From assembly GCA_044892525.1 (NCBI GenBank), contig CM097885.1, positions 199,578,001-199,642,000 of the forward strand: a DNA stretch of 64,000 nucleotides, given 5' to 3'. Below, piece by piece: positions 12,178 through 24,995 of this stretch (position 1 is its first letter; each line of letters opens with the position of its first letter). The notes under the pieces are model-generated. The model did not search any database and was not told the DNA's origin. It saw only the letters and a list, made by a program, of their open reading frames with translations. The stretch is from Schmidtea polychroa (taxonomy: Eukaryota). A program made the position numbers and the translations under genes.

Positions 12178-14099
12178 TAATATAAAGTTGGGTGAAATTT
12201 AAACAAAGTTCTATTTTGTAATTTTATTGCTTAATTAAAATTATTTTAATTATTTTTACAGTTAAATTAAGGAAATAAAACATTTATCAAAAACTTAATT
12301 GTTATTTAAAAATTAATAATATAAAATAAATATCTTTTAGAAATATCCATTATTTAAATTTAATTGAATTTAATGTATAAAATTATTATTTATCAAATCG
12401 AATTGAAATTGAAATTCAAATTAAATTATATTCAAATTAAATTTTAATTAATTCAATTTCAACCAATAAAATCACTTTAACATATACAATTTATAATTTT
12501 AGTTATCTTTTAAAATTAAATTGATTTAACGATTGAAATACACACTTGATAATGGATCTGCCGAATTATCGTGTACCTTATTTATTTTTTTGATCTCCTG
12601 TCTTACAAATGTTAATATGAAAATTATTAAATTTTATTGAATTTATTTTTATGATTGGTATTTTATTCTCATCTTTTTAATTTGGCTTACATAAATGTAA
12701 TTGAGTCATTTAACTGGCGATTTTTGTTATTGACGTATCAAAAGTGACGCTTTTTTATTTTTATTGTTAATTATCAGTCTTTAAACATATTTATACAATA
12801 ATCGCTTTCATAAACAAGCACTGTTTATTTGTAAAATTCAAAACGTATTGCCCAGGTACAACAATGAAAATTTTGGATATTTACCAAAATAAAAAATAAT
12901 TTATATTCGCCTTGCACCATCGAAAGTACGAGAAAAATTATCTATTCTAAATTAATTTTGTAATATTAATAATTACATGATGTAAAACAAAATTATTTAG
13001 TTAAATATTTTACAATTTTCTCATAAAATTTCTAATTAAAACAAAAATTTTATTTAACATGAAATTAAGATTGGAAATCTGTAAATTTTCTGTAATTGTA
13101 AGAGTGAAAAAACACATTTAACTTTGAATCAGTATACTTTTTCATTATTTTCCAATACGTTTTGAATTCAATTTTGGGGAGCCATCTTAAGTACTTGTTG
13201 TCCTGGATCGAACCAGAAGAAGTCAAGATCGGAAATTAACTGTATCGACTGGATTTCAAGGACAATTAAGCTATTTTGTTTAATATTTCAAATATTTTGT
13301 AAAAATATTAACTTTTTAAACAATTATGATCTATTCTTTTCTAAGCAATAGGTCAAAAAGGAAAACTCAACAATGCACATGGGCTTCAACATCCAGACCC
13401 TAAAAATCGTTTTGTTCTTCATTGACGTTACAGCGGTCGATATATACGTGGATGACCAGGTTCTCGTTTGACCAAATTCGTGAACAATAAAGTTTAAGAT
13501 CAAAGGAATAATACATTAAATTGATTTAAAATATAACAAATTTATTCAAGGATTCGCTCTTACATAATTGTACCATACATAATTGTCAACTATTTTATCC
13601 ACCAGATAACAATTTACTTTATTTCAGTCATTATTATTAGAAAAAACTATCAAGATAATTATTCATATATTTTGTTTTTTCCATTAAAATATTATACAAA
13701 GTTGACAACTTTTTTAATAATTATGCAGTTCAACCCACCAAAGTTAGTTCAATTAATTCAACATGCTTTATTTCAAACTCGTAAACTATCAAATTAATTT
13801 TAATTACCGCCTATTTTAAATACAATAACTTAATTTCTCAGTCGACACGCGTTTTAAATTATTCCTCCAAAGGTTTTCCTACTCTTTATTTCTTCGTCCG
13901 TACCCGAGGAAAATGCCGGTGGTTTCTAATTTCAATATATAGTGGTATAATCCATTTAATTAATGATTATCAGCCCAAATCTTTCATGTTCAGTTCGTAT
14001 AACAATATAATTAATTATCCTACCGTGCATCTTTCCTATGATAATCTTTTCCCACATCTTCCCATTAATCATGCTGTCCTGATATTGGATTTTGAATTC

Positions 14100-14925
14100 T
14101 TTCTTGTTTTATTTTCATGTGGTTTACCGAACTCGATTTATTTCTTTCCTGTAAAATTTTAACCAAATCATTTGCATGTGGGAGTGTTGTTGTCATATAA
14201 GATAAAATACATCTTTTATCATCATAATTATCTAAAGAAGTTTTCTATTATGAATTTTATCAATCGTCATTTCATGTTGAACATAAAATTTCTATAAACA
14301 TTCTATAATAAACCAAATAATTCTTTTTATCATTTTGATCCAAACTAATTTAGTTACTTTACCATATTGTTTTCCTGCTTGCCATTTTATCAATTCTTTT
14401 GGTAGTATTCTTTTTTATTGGAGCATATGGGAAAAATATAGATTTTCTTTTAATACTATCTGGACAACCTAAATATACTTCTAAAAATATCCTACTTTTG
14501 AATCATCAGGTGTTTTTAAAATTTTTTCCAAAAGTTATTGTTCATTAGACTCAACCCATTCAAAATCAGCATATGGAAGGTATTGAGTCACTATATCGGA
14601 ATAAAGTGCAGTGGCGTCTATATACAAAAGACCTGAAGGACTATTAACACATGCCAACAATTTTTCATACTCTTCATTATCTTTAATTTCAAAAAATGGT
14701 TTATTATCAAGATCATAATTTTTATAAACATAACTTTCATTATAAACAGGGACATGTCTATTTCCCATTATTGAACTTATTCCACCTTGAATCCCATTTT
14801 GTATCAAGAGAAAAATGTTTACAATAGTCAATAAAACAAAAACCACTTCACTAGTATATAATTCCAAATCCCAAGACATTGATGGTAAGGAAATATAATT
14901 ACATGGATTTAATTTAAATCCTTTT
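14100..14925 (-). pseudogene. Degenerate protein-primed family-B DNA polymerase (Polinton/Maverick/adintovirus-like)
   Basis: Hand translation across frameshifts: FKLNPCNYISLPSMSWD, GIQGGIS, LLYIDATALYS..QYLPYADFEW, PDDSKVGYF.EV, FPYAP, NDKKNYLVYYR, FGKPHENK. Confidence 0.8.
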
Positions 14926-14939
14926 ATAAAACAATCTGC

Positions 14940-15240
14940 AAGAATATAAACATCTAATATTTGATTCTATATCATCCATGTAGAAAATTGCAAAAATTGG
15001 TGAAAAGTTGTTACCAATAGCTAAAAGATATTTATTTAAACGGTTTTCTTTTAATTAATACAGTATCAGTTTATGGCTAGTTTGACAATTTCTATGAAAT
15101 CCTGTTCAGATAAGTTTGCAAAAACTGTTCCTGGTTTGAATGTTTCGAAAAAAGAAGCTGCAACTGTAAAGACGTTCTCTCCACTGAGAGGGATGGATCC
15201 ATAAAGATTTGAAACGTCAAGTAATCGCAACACAAAGATT
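14940..15240 (-). pseudogene. Penelope-like reverse transcriptase fragment
   Basis: LLDVSNLYGSIPL ... LSEQDFIEIVKLAIN ... LAIGNNFSPIFAIFYMDDIES resembles the PLE RT motifs DV.SLYT.IP and G.AMGS.LSP..A.LYM..IE. Contains a stop and a frameshift. Confidence 0.6.
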
Positions 15241-15359
15241 TGCGATATTTTTACAAATAGGCCATTATCACATTCACTAAACCTATTTTAATGACAAAAC
15301 GTCTAAAATCTTTACAAATAAAATAAAAATTATGAAATAATTTATTAATAACGAAAATC

Positions 15360-16433
15360 TTATAAAATTTTATTTCCCAATCGTTCTGGATCTTGTGAAG
15401 GATATAAAACACTCTTTTTCGGTTGAGGAAGCGGTGGTAATAATTTAGGTTTAGTATAACCAACGGGAAGCTGTTTTGTTGGAACTGCTGAATTTTGATT
15501 TTCACTATAACTAAATTTGGACCATTTCATACTAACCGTATGACCCAATTGGCTCCAATCATAAATCAATTGAGCAGCTTTTTCAGCTGATTCCCTTAAC
15601 GCAAATTGAACAGACCACCGGCATCCTTCATATTGTCTAGCACTTCGAACTTCACCAAATTGATAAAAATAGTTTTTCACATCTTTCTCTTGATAGTGTT
15701 CCGGGAGACCAAACACATCAATTGTCGTTATATGTTTATCTTCTGGATGAACTAATTTCGGTAGACTCTCATATTTCTCTATTATTTTCTGGGCAATATT
15801 GTCATCTATTCCGTAATATCGATCTTTAATGTGTTGCTCATTTACTGGATCATATATTTCTATTGGTTTTTCGTGTCTATACGGACACTCTTCACCTCTT
15901 TTACATTCTCCTTTCATATAAAAAGTACATATATTCGGTTTATTTCGTGAATACGGTTCTGCTTGAGCTATTTTCGATAACATACGAATTGTATTATTGG
16001 TCATTTTCCCAGGAGCAGAGAAATCTTTATAAGGCGAACTAATATCTCCATTTAATTCGATTTCTTTTTCAATCATCTGTTGATTATATTCTAAATTAAC
16101 AGGAGCTGTTGGTAAATCCTGTTCAACATTAAGGAATTTATCTCGAACTTGAACAGGAAGTCCATATTCAAGATCCATTATACAAGATTGACAAACATGC
16201 TTGGTCCGTGTACATACTTGACATATTTCAGTTGATCTAAATTTTCCTTCATTATCACACTGCCAACGAAAAACAGTAAACGGGCGCAAGCAAACTCCAC
16301 ATTCTTTACCAAATCTTTCTTTAGTCATTCTTAAAAAAGGATTTTCTCCGAAGCATGTTTCACAAACGATTGGAAAATCTGATTCTTCCCAATTTAATTT
16401 ATTATACTGACTGGCACCTTTACTAGTTGTCAT
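15360..16433 (-). CDS. RBM22: Pre-mRNA splicing factor RBM22, paralog 2, intronless
   Basis: Same motifs as paralog 1. 357 aa with a diverged C-terminal part. Confidence 0.95.
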   Translation of the reverse strand: MTTSKGASQYNKLNWEESDFPIVCETCFGENPFLRMTKERFGKECGVCLRPFTVFRWQCDNEGKFRSTEICQVCTRTKHVCQSCIMDLEYGLPVQVRDKFLNVEQDLPTAPVNLEYNQQMIEKEIELNGDISSPYKDFSAPGKMTNNTIRMLSKIAQAEPYSRNKPNICTFYMKGECKRGEECPYRHEKPIEIYDPVNEQHIKDRYYGIDDNIAQKIIEKYESLPKLVHPEDKHITTIDVFGLPEHYQEKDVKNYFYQFGEVRSARQYEGCRWSVQFALRESAEKAAQLIYDWSQLGHTVSMKWSKFSYSENQNSAVPTKQLPVGYTKPKLLPPLPQPKKSVLYPSQDPERLGNKIL

Positions 16434-17112
16434 TCAAAATATTCAAATTTACAGTAATTTGTACATAGCCAAACAAAACTTGATGAATTTTAATCAAACA
16501 ATGAAGATAGATGTAATCATTTTTAAAAATATTATAACTTCAGTATCTAATTTTATTCTTAGAATTAGTAAAATTAATTAACTTCAATATAAAATTATTA
16601 TTATTTTATTTTATTATTTTACTAAAATTATATCATTGCATAATGATATTCAATATTTTAAAATTAGGTGAATTATTATCGTTATACCTTTATAAGTAAT
16701 TGCAAAAGTTAAATAGTATTTCTATGTAATAAATAAACTTATGGTGGAAATTGAGTCTTTTAAAAAACAATTAAATTTAAACTGGAATCACGCCAGAAAT
16801 AAGAATCTCAATACAGTTTCATGAGCAACCCAATTATTAATGAAACCAAACTCATTCCAAGATATGCTTACACTAAAAATCCAACAAAAAATGGACAATA
16901 ATGAAAAAAAGCAGAAAAAAGGATCAAATACATTCTTTCGACCGATTGAACTTACCTATATTTTTCACATGAAATGCCATCTGTCATTGTGTTGCCCTGA
17001 AGAAAATTCGAAAATCAATGATCGCTGAAGGAATGGCTGCCATAGGCTAACTCTATTCATTAGTGCCTCAGTGAAGTTTCCCTGATATTTATGCCAATGA
17101 TACCGTTACTGG

Positions 17113-17760
17113 TATTGAGCAAAAACTAATTGTAGGCTCACTGAGTGGTAATGTGATCAAAATACGTCGGAAAATAGCACCCGGAAATTACACTAAGTAA
17201 AGTTAAATTACAAATACGGTAAAAATCAAATAAAAACCATTACAAAATTCACATAACACTAAAATGATAAACACAAATTTTAAATAATGCCGATGAAAGA
17301 AAGGAGGAATGAAAATGGAAAAGATTTCCACAAAACAGCCTTAAGAAACGAATTAGGTGTTACGATTATTTTACAAATAATGAGAAATCCTAGAATATTC
17401 AATAGAAATCTATCATAGTCACCAAATAACTAGTTGAAGCTAATTAAAATATAACAATTTAAAAACTAAATTATCAAAAAACTAAAATGGAATAACATAA
17501 GAATTAAAAGAAATAGGAATTATTTAATAAAATTATTAAAGTAGCATAGAATACTCTAGAAAAAACACAATCCATCATGGTGGCGAAATTAATTAAAAAT
17601 AAATTAAATGTAAAATTTAGAAAATAAAATTAATCGTAAATTATAAGAAATCACCATTAAAATTGATAAAAATCAAAATTCAAAATTTATCAGAATTAAA
17701 ATAATTCAAATTTGTTTTACTGAATCAGTGCACACACACATACTCACACACCAAAATTAA
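17113..17760 (-). mobile_element. Diverged family X LTR-like copy
   Basis: TATTGAGCAAAAACTAAT matches TGTTGGGCTAGAACTAAT at 14/18 positions. Shares AATCCATCATGG and TTTGTTTTACTGAATCAGTGCAC blocks. Confidence 0.5.
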
Positions 17761-17919
17761 AGTATATATTTCAGTCACTATTTAAACTATGCTGAAATTT
17801 TGAATAGACCAAATTTTCTTATTAACATTTTTAACTCGTGGTAGAATCGTTTGGTTCAATCGGTGTGCACCGGAAGAAAATCAATGATAAGCAGTCCAGC
17901 GCACAATGGGTAGAGAAGC

Positions 17920-18120
17920 GAGACTAATGTTGGGTCTCAGATAATCCACATTTTACCCGTTCATGCCGTTTCCGACGCAACCCAAGATACAACAACTTGC
18001 TTTACCATCCGGCACTCGCTTAGGTGAATATACGCACGAAGTGAGTGTTGGGCGCCTAGTGGTGTGTCTGATTTTTCAGTTGTTAGGAGTAGAGGTGGAT
18101 ACTCGGGTAGACTCCTTCTT
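17920..18120 (-). repeat. Copy of unidentified decayed coding-like repeat (also about 31940-32215, 38620-38965, 49800-50040)
   Basis: Reverse complement GGTAAAGCAAGTTGTTGTATCTTGGGTTGCGTCGGAAACGGCATG aligns to 38889-38935 and 49961-50005. Confidence 0.55.
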
Positions 18121-20761
18121 AAACGCCCAAAAATGATTTTGTCGTTTAACCACCTATGTACCCATGGCGACGACCATGTTGGTGCTGCACATAATGCTAG
18201 GGAATCCATGAGAAGCTGAGCTCCTGCGTTAGAACTACTCCTCATGATATTCTCAATACAAGTTCATGAATGCTGATAGAAGGCCTTACATCCATATCAA
18301 TCGTAGGTTATTACGCTCACAACCTCTGGTCCAACGAGGTTGATTACAAACTATCTCATTCACATTTACGCCATCGTTCCATTTTAATATTGATTTACAG
18401 AAGACAAGTTTTTGACATGCACGCTTATAATAAAGAACGAAAAATTAATACATTACATAGAACCTCAATATTACAGTCACACAGTTGGACAGATAGAAAA
18501 ATGGATCATACTTGAGTTCCAAGTAATTGGCAACCAAACACGTCGACACGAGTCTTAACACAGGATCAGTCTACGCTATAGTTCCTCTACGATATGGTGT
18601 GAAGCAGAGTTCGCCCGTTCTCCTGATTGAACTTTTCAAAATGGTGCATCCTCGGTTTCTCGCATTAGAGCCTCGACGTGCATCTCTAACTACAGGTCAA
18701 TCAAGATTGAAGTTGCCGTGGTCCAAATGATTCGGTGACTCGTTTTCGGAGTTCCACTTCAAAGTAGATGTGGTGAAGGGTTTCTGATTGGACTTTAATT
18801 GTGAGTCCCTGGCTACGATTTTCCTCCAGCAAACTATCTCGACAGTGTTTCAAACGTAGAATCTTTCGTTTCTCTTTTTTCATTTGTGGTGGGTAGAACC
18901 ATGTCTCTTCTAGTAGGTCGACGCGATTCTTAAGATACTCAATCTCCATGTCTAACTGTCGTATTGTCACATTTTTGTCCACGTTAGAGAAGCACAGCTT
19001 GGCAAAATTCAGTTCCGACATCTAGATAAGACAAAGATGTTATTGGTGAGTCCGACGCCATACCTCCACACAGGTCATTGAAATTTATTTATGCATCATC
19101 AATACTGGGGTAAGTTTTGTGAACCGCTAAATCCTCCGGATAGCAACTCAGGGATAATAGGCAGGAAAAAATTGTATCCCCCGTTCCTTTATACAGATCT
19201 GCCTCTACTTCTACCACTTTACCGGGCCATAACCCATCTCCCTCAGCGGTCTTTCGTTTCCGTGTTTTTACTCACTACCTCTCAGAATCACCATAAAAGG
19301 TTTTCGATGTTAGGGGACAATGAATCTGATCAGTGGATGGCATAGGGGTTCTCAGCTTTATTGGAGAAATTTATTGTGAAGATTCGAAATTGTTTTATTT
19401 ATATAAATTTTAACGGATTTTTATCCATGAATCAATAAAATTTTATTATCTAAATTGATATTGTCACTGTTATTGGTACTGTGAGGCGTTTTGTAATTTG
19501 TATTAAAATAATGGTATGATGTTGTGCATGTTTGATTGTATGCTGACATCCTTACTTATACATTAATTATTATTTTTTAGAAACTCCTCAAACAAATTAA
19601 CGTTATAATTTGTTTTAATAATATTTGTGTTTTAATAATAAACGTGTTAACACAGTTTTAGTTATGGATTCTATTAATACCCGTAACTTTGTGGCTAATA
19701 GGTACTTTGGTAATAAACAGAAGTTGAAAGTGTTTAAACTGATTTAATTAGAGTCAATATCATAGACTGATTATTGAGAAACCCATGACAGAACTTGTAA
19801 CTATTTAATAGTATTGATGTTATTGATCGGTTCTTCGGGAATTGGTGGTGAAATTGGGAATCAATCAAATAACGGTAATGTTTCAAGAACTAATAGGGAC
19901 ATTTAGAAAATCATCTAATGAAAATAATGCTATATCATTCACTTTCCCGGTTAATTAGTTATTGATTATATCTACTACGCTGCATGCATGCATTTCCGTT
20001 CTCATCACTCATGCTACACTAAACGCCACTGAGAACCGTTTCCTATAATATAACAAAAAAATCAATAATCTTACATTATAGAAACATACATATTTACTTT
20101 GATTTCACGTTGATGTTCTCATTTAGAGTGCAGTCAGATACATATTATACTATAGAAATCTGAAAAGTAGAAGAAAAATTAAAAACTGCACACAAACACA
20201 ACACATATTAAAAAACACATACAAACCTTTGATTCGTAGAACTGTAACGATGAGATACGTTTCTATAATAATTCTATTTTAGACAATTTTTAGAAAAAAA
20301 AGATCGTTGAAAATTTTGAAAAATATATTTTTAATGAAATTTTCAAGAGCAGATGAATTTGGTTCAATGTCTTTTCAATCCAGATTTGATTTCCTGAAAG
20401 AAGCCATCATATTGAGCTCAGAAAAAAATATTACAAAAATAAAAAAATTATTTGATTCATACTAGAAGATTTTTCCCAAATTGTTAAAAAAACATATATA
20501 TTTTTTGTGATCGATTTATTTAATTAATTATAATTAAAAATATATCTGACTCACATTTTTCGAAATAATTCCAAAATACTTAAAATTAAACGTCATAAAA
20601 TTCCTAAAAATCCCTGAAAATTAATTAAAAATAATTTATAATTATATTCGTGATTAAAAGTAATATTTAACAACTTGAATAATGATCTCATATCTATATG
20701 GATCAAAATTCAAGTCTTAAAATTTACTTTAAATAAAAAAAATTACTTGAAAGCCATTTCT

Positions 20762-20838
20762 AAAATGGCTAAATACAAATAGTTAAAATAGCTAAATAAA
20801 ATAGCTAAATAAAATAGCTAAATAAAATAGCTAAATAA
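20762..20838. repeat. 13-bp tandem repeat (AAAATAGCTAAAT), about 4 clean plus degenerate units
   Basis: Read directly from sequence. Confidence 0.85.
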
Positions 20839-20898
20839 GTATTTACCACATAATTATGTCTAACCACATTCCAAAAAATTCAATCACAAATAATGATA

Positions 20899-20941
20899 CA
20901 TCTATAATATGGGTTGTACATACCAACCCATATTATAGATG
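20899..20941. other. Perfect 18-bp stem hairpin with 7-nt loop
   Basis: CATCTATAATATGGGTTG-tacatac-CAACCCATATTATAGATG. Confidence 0.85.
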
Positions 20942-21717
20942 CGTTTATTCAGTGCAAACGGGCGTATTTCACCCACAGATGTATACACTTCCGTTGGACA
21001 GCTAATCGCCTGACTCGTGATTAATTAACAAATTCAGGATGTTTACATGATATGTATGATTCTGGTTTTGGCTACGCCTTTTTCTCGGTATTAAGTTGTT
21101 GTCGGACCTTATGTTGTTGCTCGAGATGCGGATGCTGCCATGGAAATCGTCAATCAGGGATACACAAAGTTCAATATTTAGGTATAGTGATCGGTGACAC
21201 TCAGGTTGAGCCTGATGAGCGACACTTCCGTCCTCGTTAATGTTCGACTAAGTTTATTGTTATTCGGAATTTGTGATGAATTTATTTACTTTAACAAGTG
21301 TGAATGCAGGCGGTATTACTGTTATTGAAAGAAAGCACAGACTCGACGAATTATCGTGTACTGATTTAAATGTCTACTGATCGCAAGACAATTATCTAGG
21401 TTTCTGTTCTAAGATTCATTTTCACTACAACATTGCATGGTGCCGAAAAATTTAGTGGCTCGCGAGTGTATATGGACCCCTAATTTGTGATGGAATTATA
21501 TTGATGCTCACCTATGATTATATCTGCCACAACAAACGAATCGCGCTTCAAATAGTCTCACCAGATTCATAAAGGTTTCTACTGGGGTGACGACGAAATC
21601 TCAGAAGTTTCAGATGATCTCCTACTTCGAATTCATTATCGACTACTCTTGTCACTTGGATTGAAAGGATTAGCGAAGTGATTGAGACTTGTGTTGAACG
21701 CAAGCTAATATGAATGG

Positions 21718-21941
21718 TATTAGGATGTTCATCCTGTAAAACATTAAAATCAGTTTTTGTTTCCATAAATTTTATTTCAGTAAATATCAATATCAAATTA
21801 TGTCTTCTTAAAACTTTCTTATTTAAACAAATTTTCTACGAAGATATTTTTAATTAAAATATCTTATTTTAAAAATTAATCTAAAATTTAATTTTTAAAA
21901 TTTTCAATTTAAAAATTTCTTCATCATAAAACTTCCTCATA
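21718..21941 (-). repeat. 3' LTR of element A (TATGAGG...CCTAATA)
   Basis: Direct repeat of 26042-26268, preceded on - by the PPT AAGAAGGGGGA. Confidence 0.93.
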
Positions 21942-21944
21942 TCC

Positions 21945-24900
21945 CCCTTCTTAAGAAATTTTTAAGTTTTTCCACATTTCTTTCGATCCTTTTTCCATCT
22001 TCATTTCATGTATCGTCTGTCATGCACTTTCTCTATCACTTTGTACGGACCTTCATATCTGTCCTGGCCTTTGTGGCGTGTTTCTACTTTTACTAATACT
22101 TCTTCTCCTACATTGAATTTTATCCTTGTTTGTTCTTCTAGTTCTTCCTTTATCGGTATTTTTTTGGACCCGTACCATTTTGCCCTGCTAATCTTTTTTC
22201 CAAAAACTATCTCTGCCGGGCTTTTCCCTGTCGTTTTTTGTTTGGTTGCATTTAAAGTGAATTCGACTTCTGGTAATATCTCTGCCAAATCCGTCTTCTT
22301 TCTATCCTGTAAAGTAGCATTTATCAAATCCCGTATTGTCCTGAATTGTCTTTCTATCTGACCGTTTGTTTGGTGATGGTATGGACTCGAAAAACATAAT
22401 TTAATATCTAGCATCTTTGTGAATTCTCTCATCATTCCTGATTCAAACACCTTTCCGCAATCAACTCTTATCTCCTTTGGGCATCCAAATCTTAAAATCC
22501 ACTTTCCTAAAATCGTTTTCTTTATTGTTTCTTCGTCTTGTTTTGTTATTGCTGTCAAGACTTGATATTTACTATACTGATCTATTATGCCCAATATATA
22601 CTTCTTACGTCCTTTTGTTTCTGTCAACGGTATACATATATCCACGAATATAATTTCGAACATTTCCTTCGAATCTTGTTTTTTTACTGGTTCTTTCGTT
22701 GTCTTGGTTTTTTGACAAATCTCACAACTTCGAATAGTTTCCTGAATCTAACTCCACAGGTGTTTTCCAACATATCTATCTTTCATATAATCGGCTATCT
22801 TCTCGACTCCAGCATGACACAATAGTCTATGTATTTCCTTTATTGTTTCTTGTAACTCATTTTCAGGTATCATCGTTTTCTTTCGTACTTCTTCTAGAAT
22901 TCCATGTTGGATGTTGCTTCTTCATTCTTCTCTGATCGAGTCTAGTAATCTTTCTAGTAATCTTTTATCTTTCCTTTCTTAGCTTCTTCGTGGGCCATTT
23001 GACATTGAACACACGTGTCACATTTAGTTCTCGACACCATGTCTGCATTTTGGTGATTAATACCCTTTCTGTATTCTACTCTTATATCTAAACTGCTCAA
23101 ATAATTGATCCATTTTTGGAATTGTGAAGTAATCGGCTTCTTGGTTGTCATCATAAACGTGATTGCCTTGTGGTCTGTCCTGAGCGTGAATCTTCTTCCG
23201 TAGAGATAGTGCTTAAAATGAATGCAAAAATAATATACCGCCAATAGTTCCTTTCTTGTAATACAATATCCTTTCTCGTGGCTCGTCATCGAGTGTGATC
23301 CATACGCAATTTTTCTTTCCTTTCCATCTTTATCTCTTTGTGAAAGTAGTGCTCCAATGGTATCGAAACTAGCGTCGGTATCTAAAATGAACTCCTTTTT
23401 CAGATCCGCAAAACATAAGATTGGCGCTGTTGTGAGTGCTAATTTCAATCCTTCAAACACGCTATTCGTTCCTTCACTCCATTCTAATTTTTTGTTACTT
23501 GGTCCGCTACATAATTGTTCTAACATCCTTGCCTTCTTTGCATAATCACTGATGAATCTTCTATAATAATTGCAAATACCTAAAAAGCTTCGGAGTTTCT
23601 TTACGCAATTAGGCTTCCCAAAGTTCTGTATGGCCTGAATTTTAGATGGATCTGTCTGTACTCCTTCCTTGCTGATTATGTGTCCTAAGAATCTGATTTC
23701 TTACTTTATTATTTGGCATTTTTCTGGATTAATCCTTAGGCCTGCTTCCTCAATCGCCTTGAAACACTTCTTCGAGTATTGTATAGTGTTTCTCTTTACT
23801 GCTTGAATAAATCAAGATGTCGTCCAAATACATCATTGCTCCCTTTATTTTGCCTAATACTTTTGTCATCATTTCTTGGAACGTACCTGGTGCTGCTGCA
23901 ATTCCAAACGGCATTCTGTTGAAACAATATTGTCCGTTCTTTGTTGAGAAAGCTGCTTTCTCCTGTGATTCTTCTTCTAGTTCACTTGGTAATATGCATT
24001 ACCTAGATCGATTGAGCTGAAAAAGACGGATCCTCCTAACACATCCAACATCTCGTCTATGTTTGGCATTGGAAATGCCTGCCTCTCTGTTACCGCGTTC
24101 AGCTGTCTAAAGTCCAAGCATAGTCTAATATCCCTTTTCTCTTTTTTCCATACACATATTAGCGGTGTATTCCATCGAGAGTTACATTTCCGTATAATTC
24201 CATTTTCGTACAAATTTTGTATTGCTTCTTCAATCTTTGATTCCAAATTTAGTGGTTGGCGATATGGTTTTATGTTTTTCGGCTCACCTCTTGTAACTAT
24301 CTTGTGTTTTACCAAATGTGTGCGACCCACATCCCATTTATCTGCTATAAACACGTTTCCACTGTTTGTTATAATTTCCTTTAATTTGCTATCTTCATTG
24401 ATCTTTAACTGTTCCAACGCTCGTATCAATCGTTCTTCATCCTTTATTTTTCTGCCAAATTTTGCTTCAATGTTACAAATATAGTTCTTGTTTTTTTCAC
24501 TAGCCTCGATATCTTTAATTTTTAACAGTCTAAATCCAAATGTTTCTTGTAATTAGATTCCTCCAATCACATCTGGTGTCACTTTCTCCACTACAATGAA
24601 TATAACTTCCTTCGAAACATTTCCAATGGTTACTTGCACCTTCGTTTTTCCTATTGTCTCGATCGTACTCTCGTTTGCGCATCGTAACTTATCGTCACTT
24701 TTCGTCAATTGTTGTCCTCGTAGCTTGTTAAAACAGTTCACACTCATTACATTGATTCTTGCACCAGTGTCTAATAAACAGTCGAAATTTTCCCCATTCA
24801 TCCTTACTGTTATACTAGGCCTTCCTTGCATTTTGTTATACAAAATTTCAACAACCTGCTCCGTTTCAATGGTTTTAATTCTTTCCACTTCCTCTTCAAA

Positions 24901-24987
24901 CATTTCTCTCTTTAGGAACCTGTATACTTTCTCGCTTACCCTTCCAACATTCTCCCACTTTTCTGCCCCTTGAGAATATCCCATCAA
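21945..24987 (-). pseudogene. pol: Gypsy pol of element A (protease, RT, RNase H, integrase) with several frameshifts
   Basis: LLDTGA; LCLDFRQLN; YLDD near 23830; LDTDAS and TDHKA; integrase IIDQYSK, VDCGKVF, TNGQIER, YEGPY. Split across ORFs 24553-24987, 23977-24429, 22954-23526 and 22001-22663. Confidence 0.92.
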
Positions 24988-24995
24988 ATTTTCTG

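Noticed and set aside
15251-15505. 84-aa ORF overlapping the RBM22 3' end
   Set aside because: Alternative-frame shadow of RBM22 and AT-rich UTR.
21548-21796. 82-aa ORF with the same N-terminus as Gag A
   Set aside because: Read-out from the 3' LTR copy into flanking DNA; expected because gag starts in the LTR.
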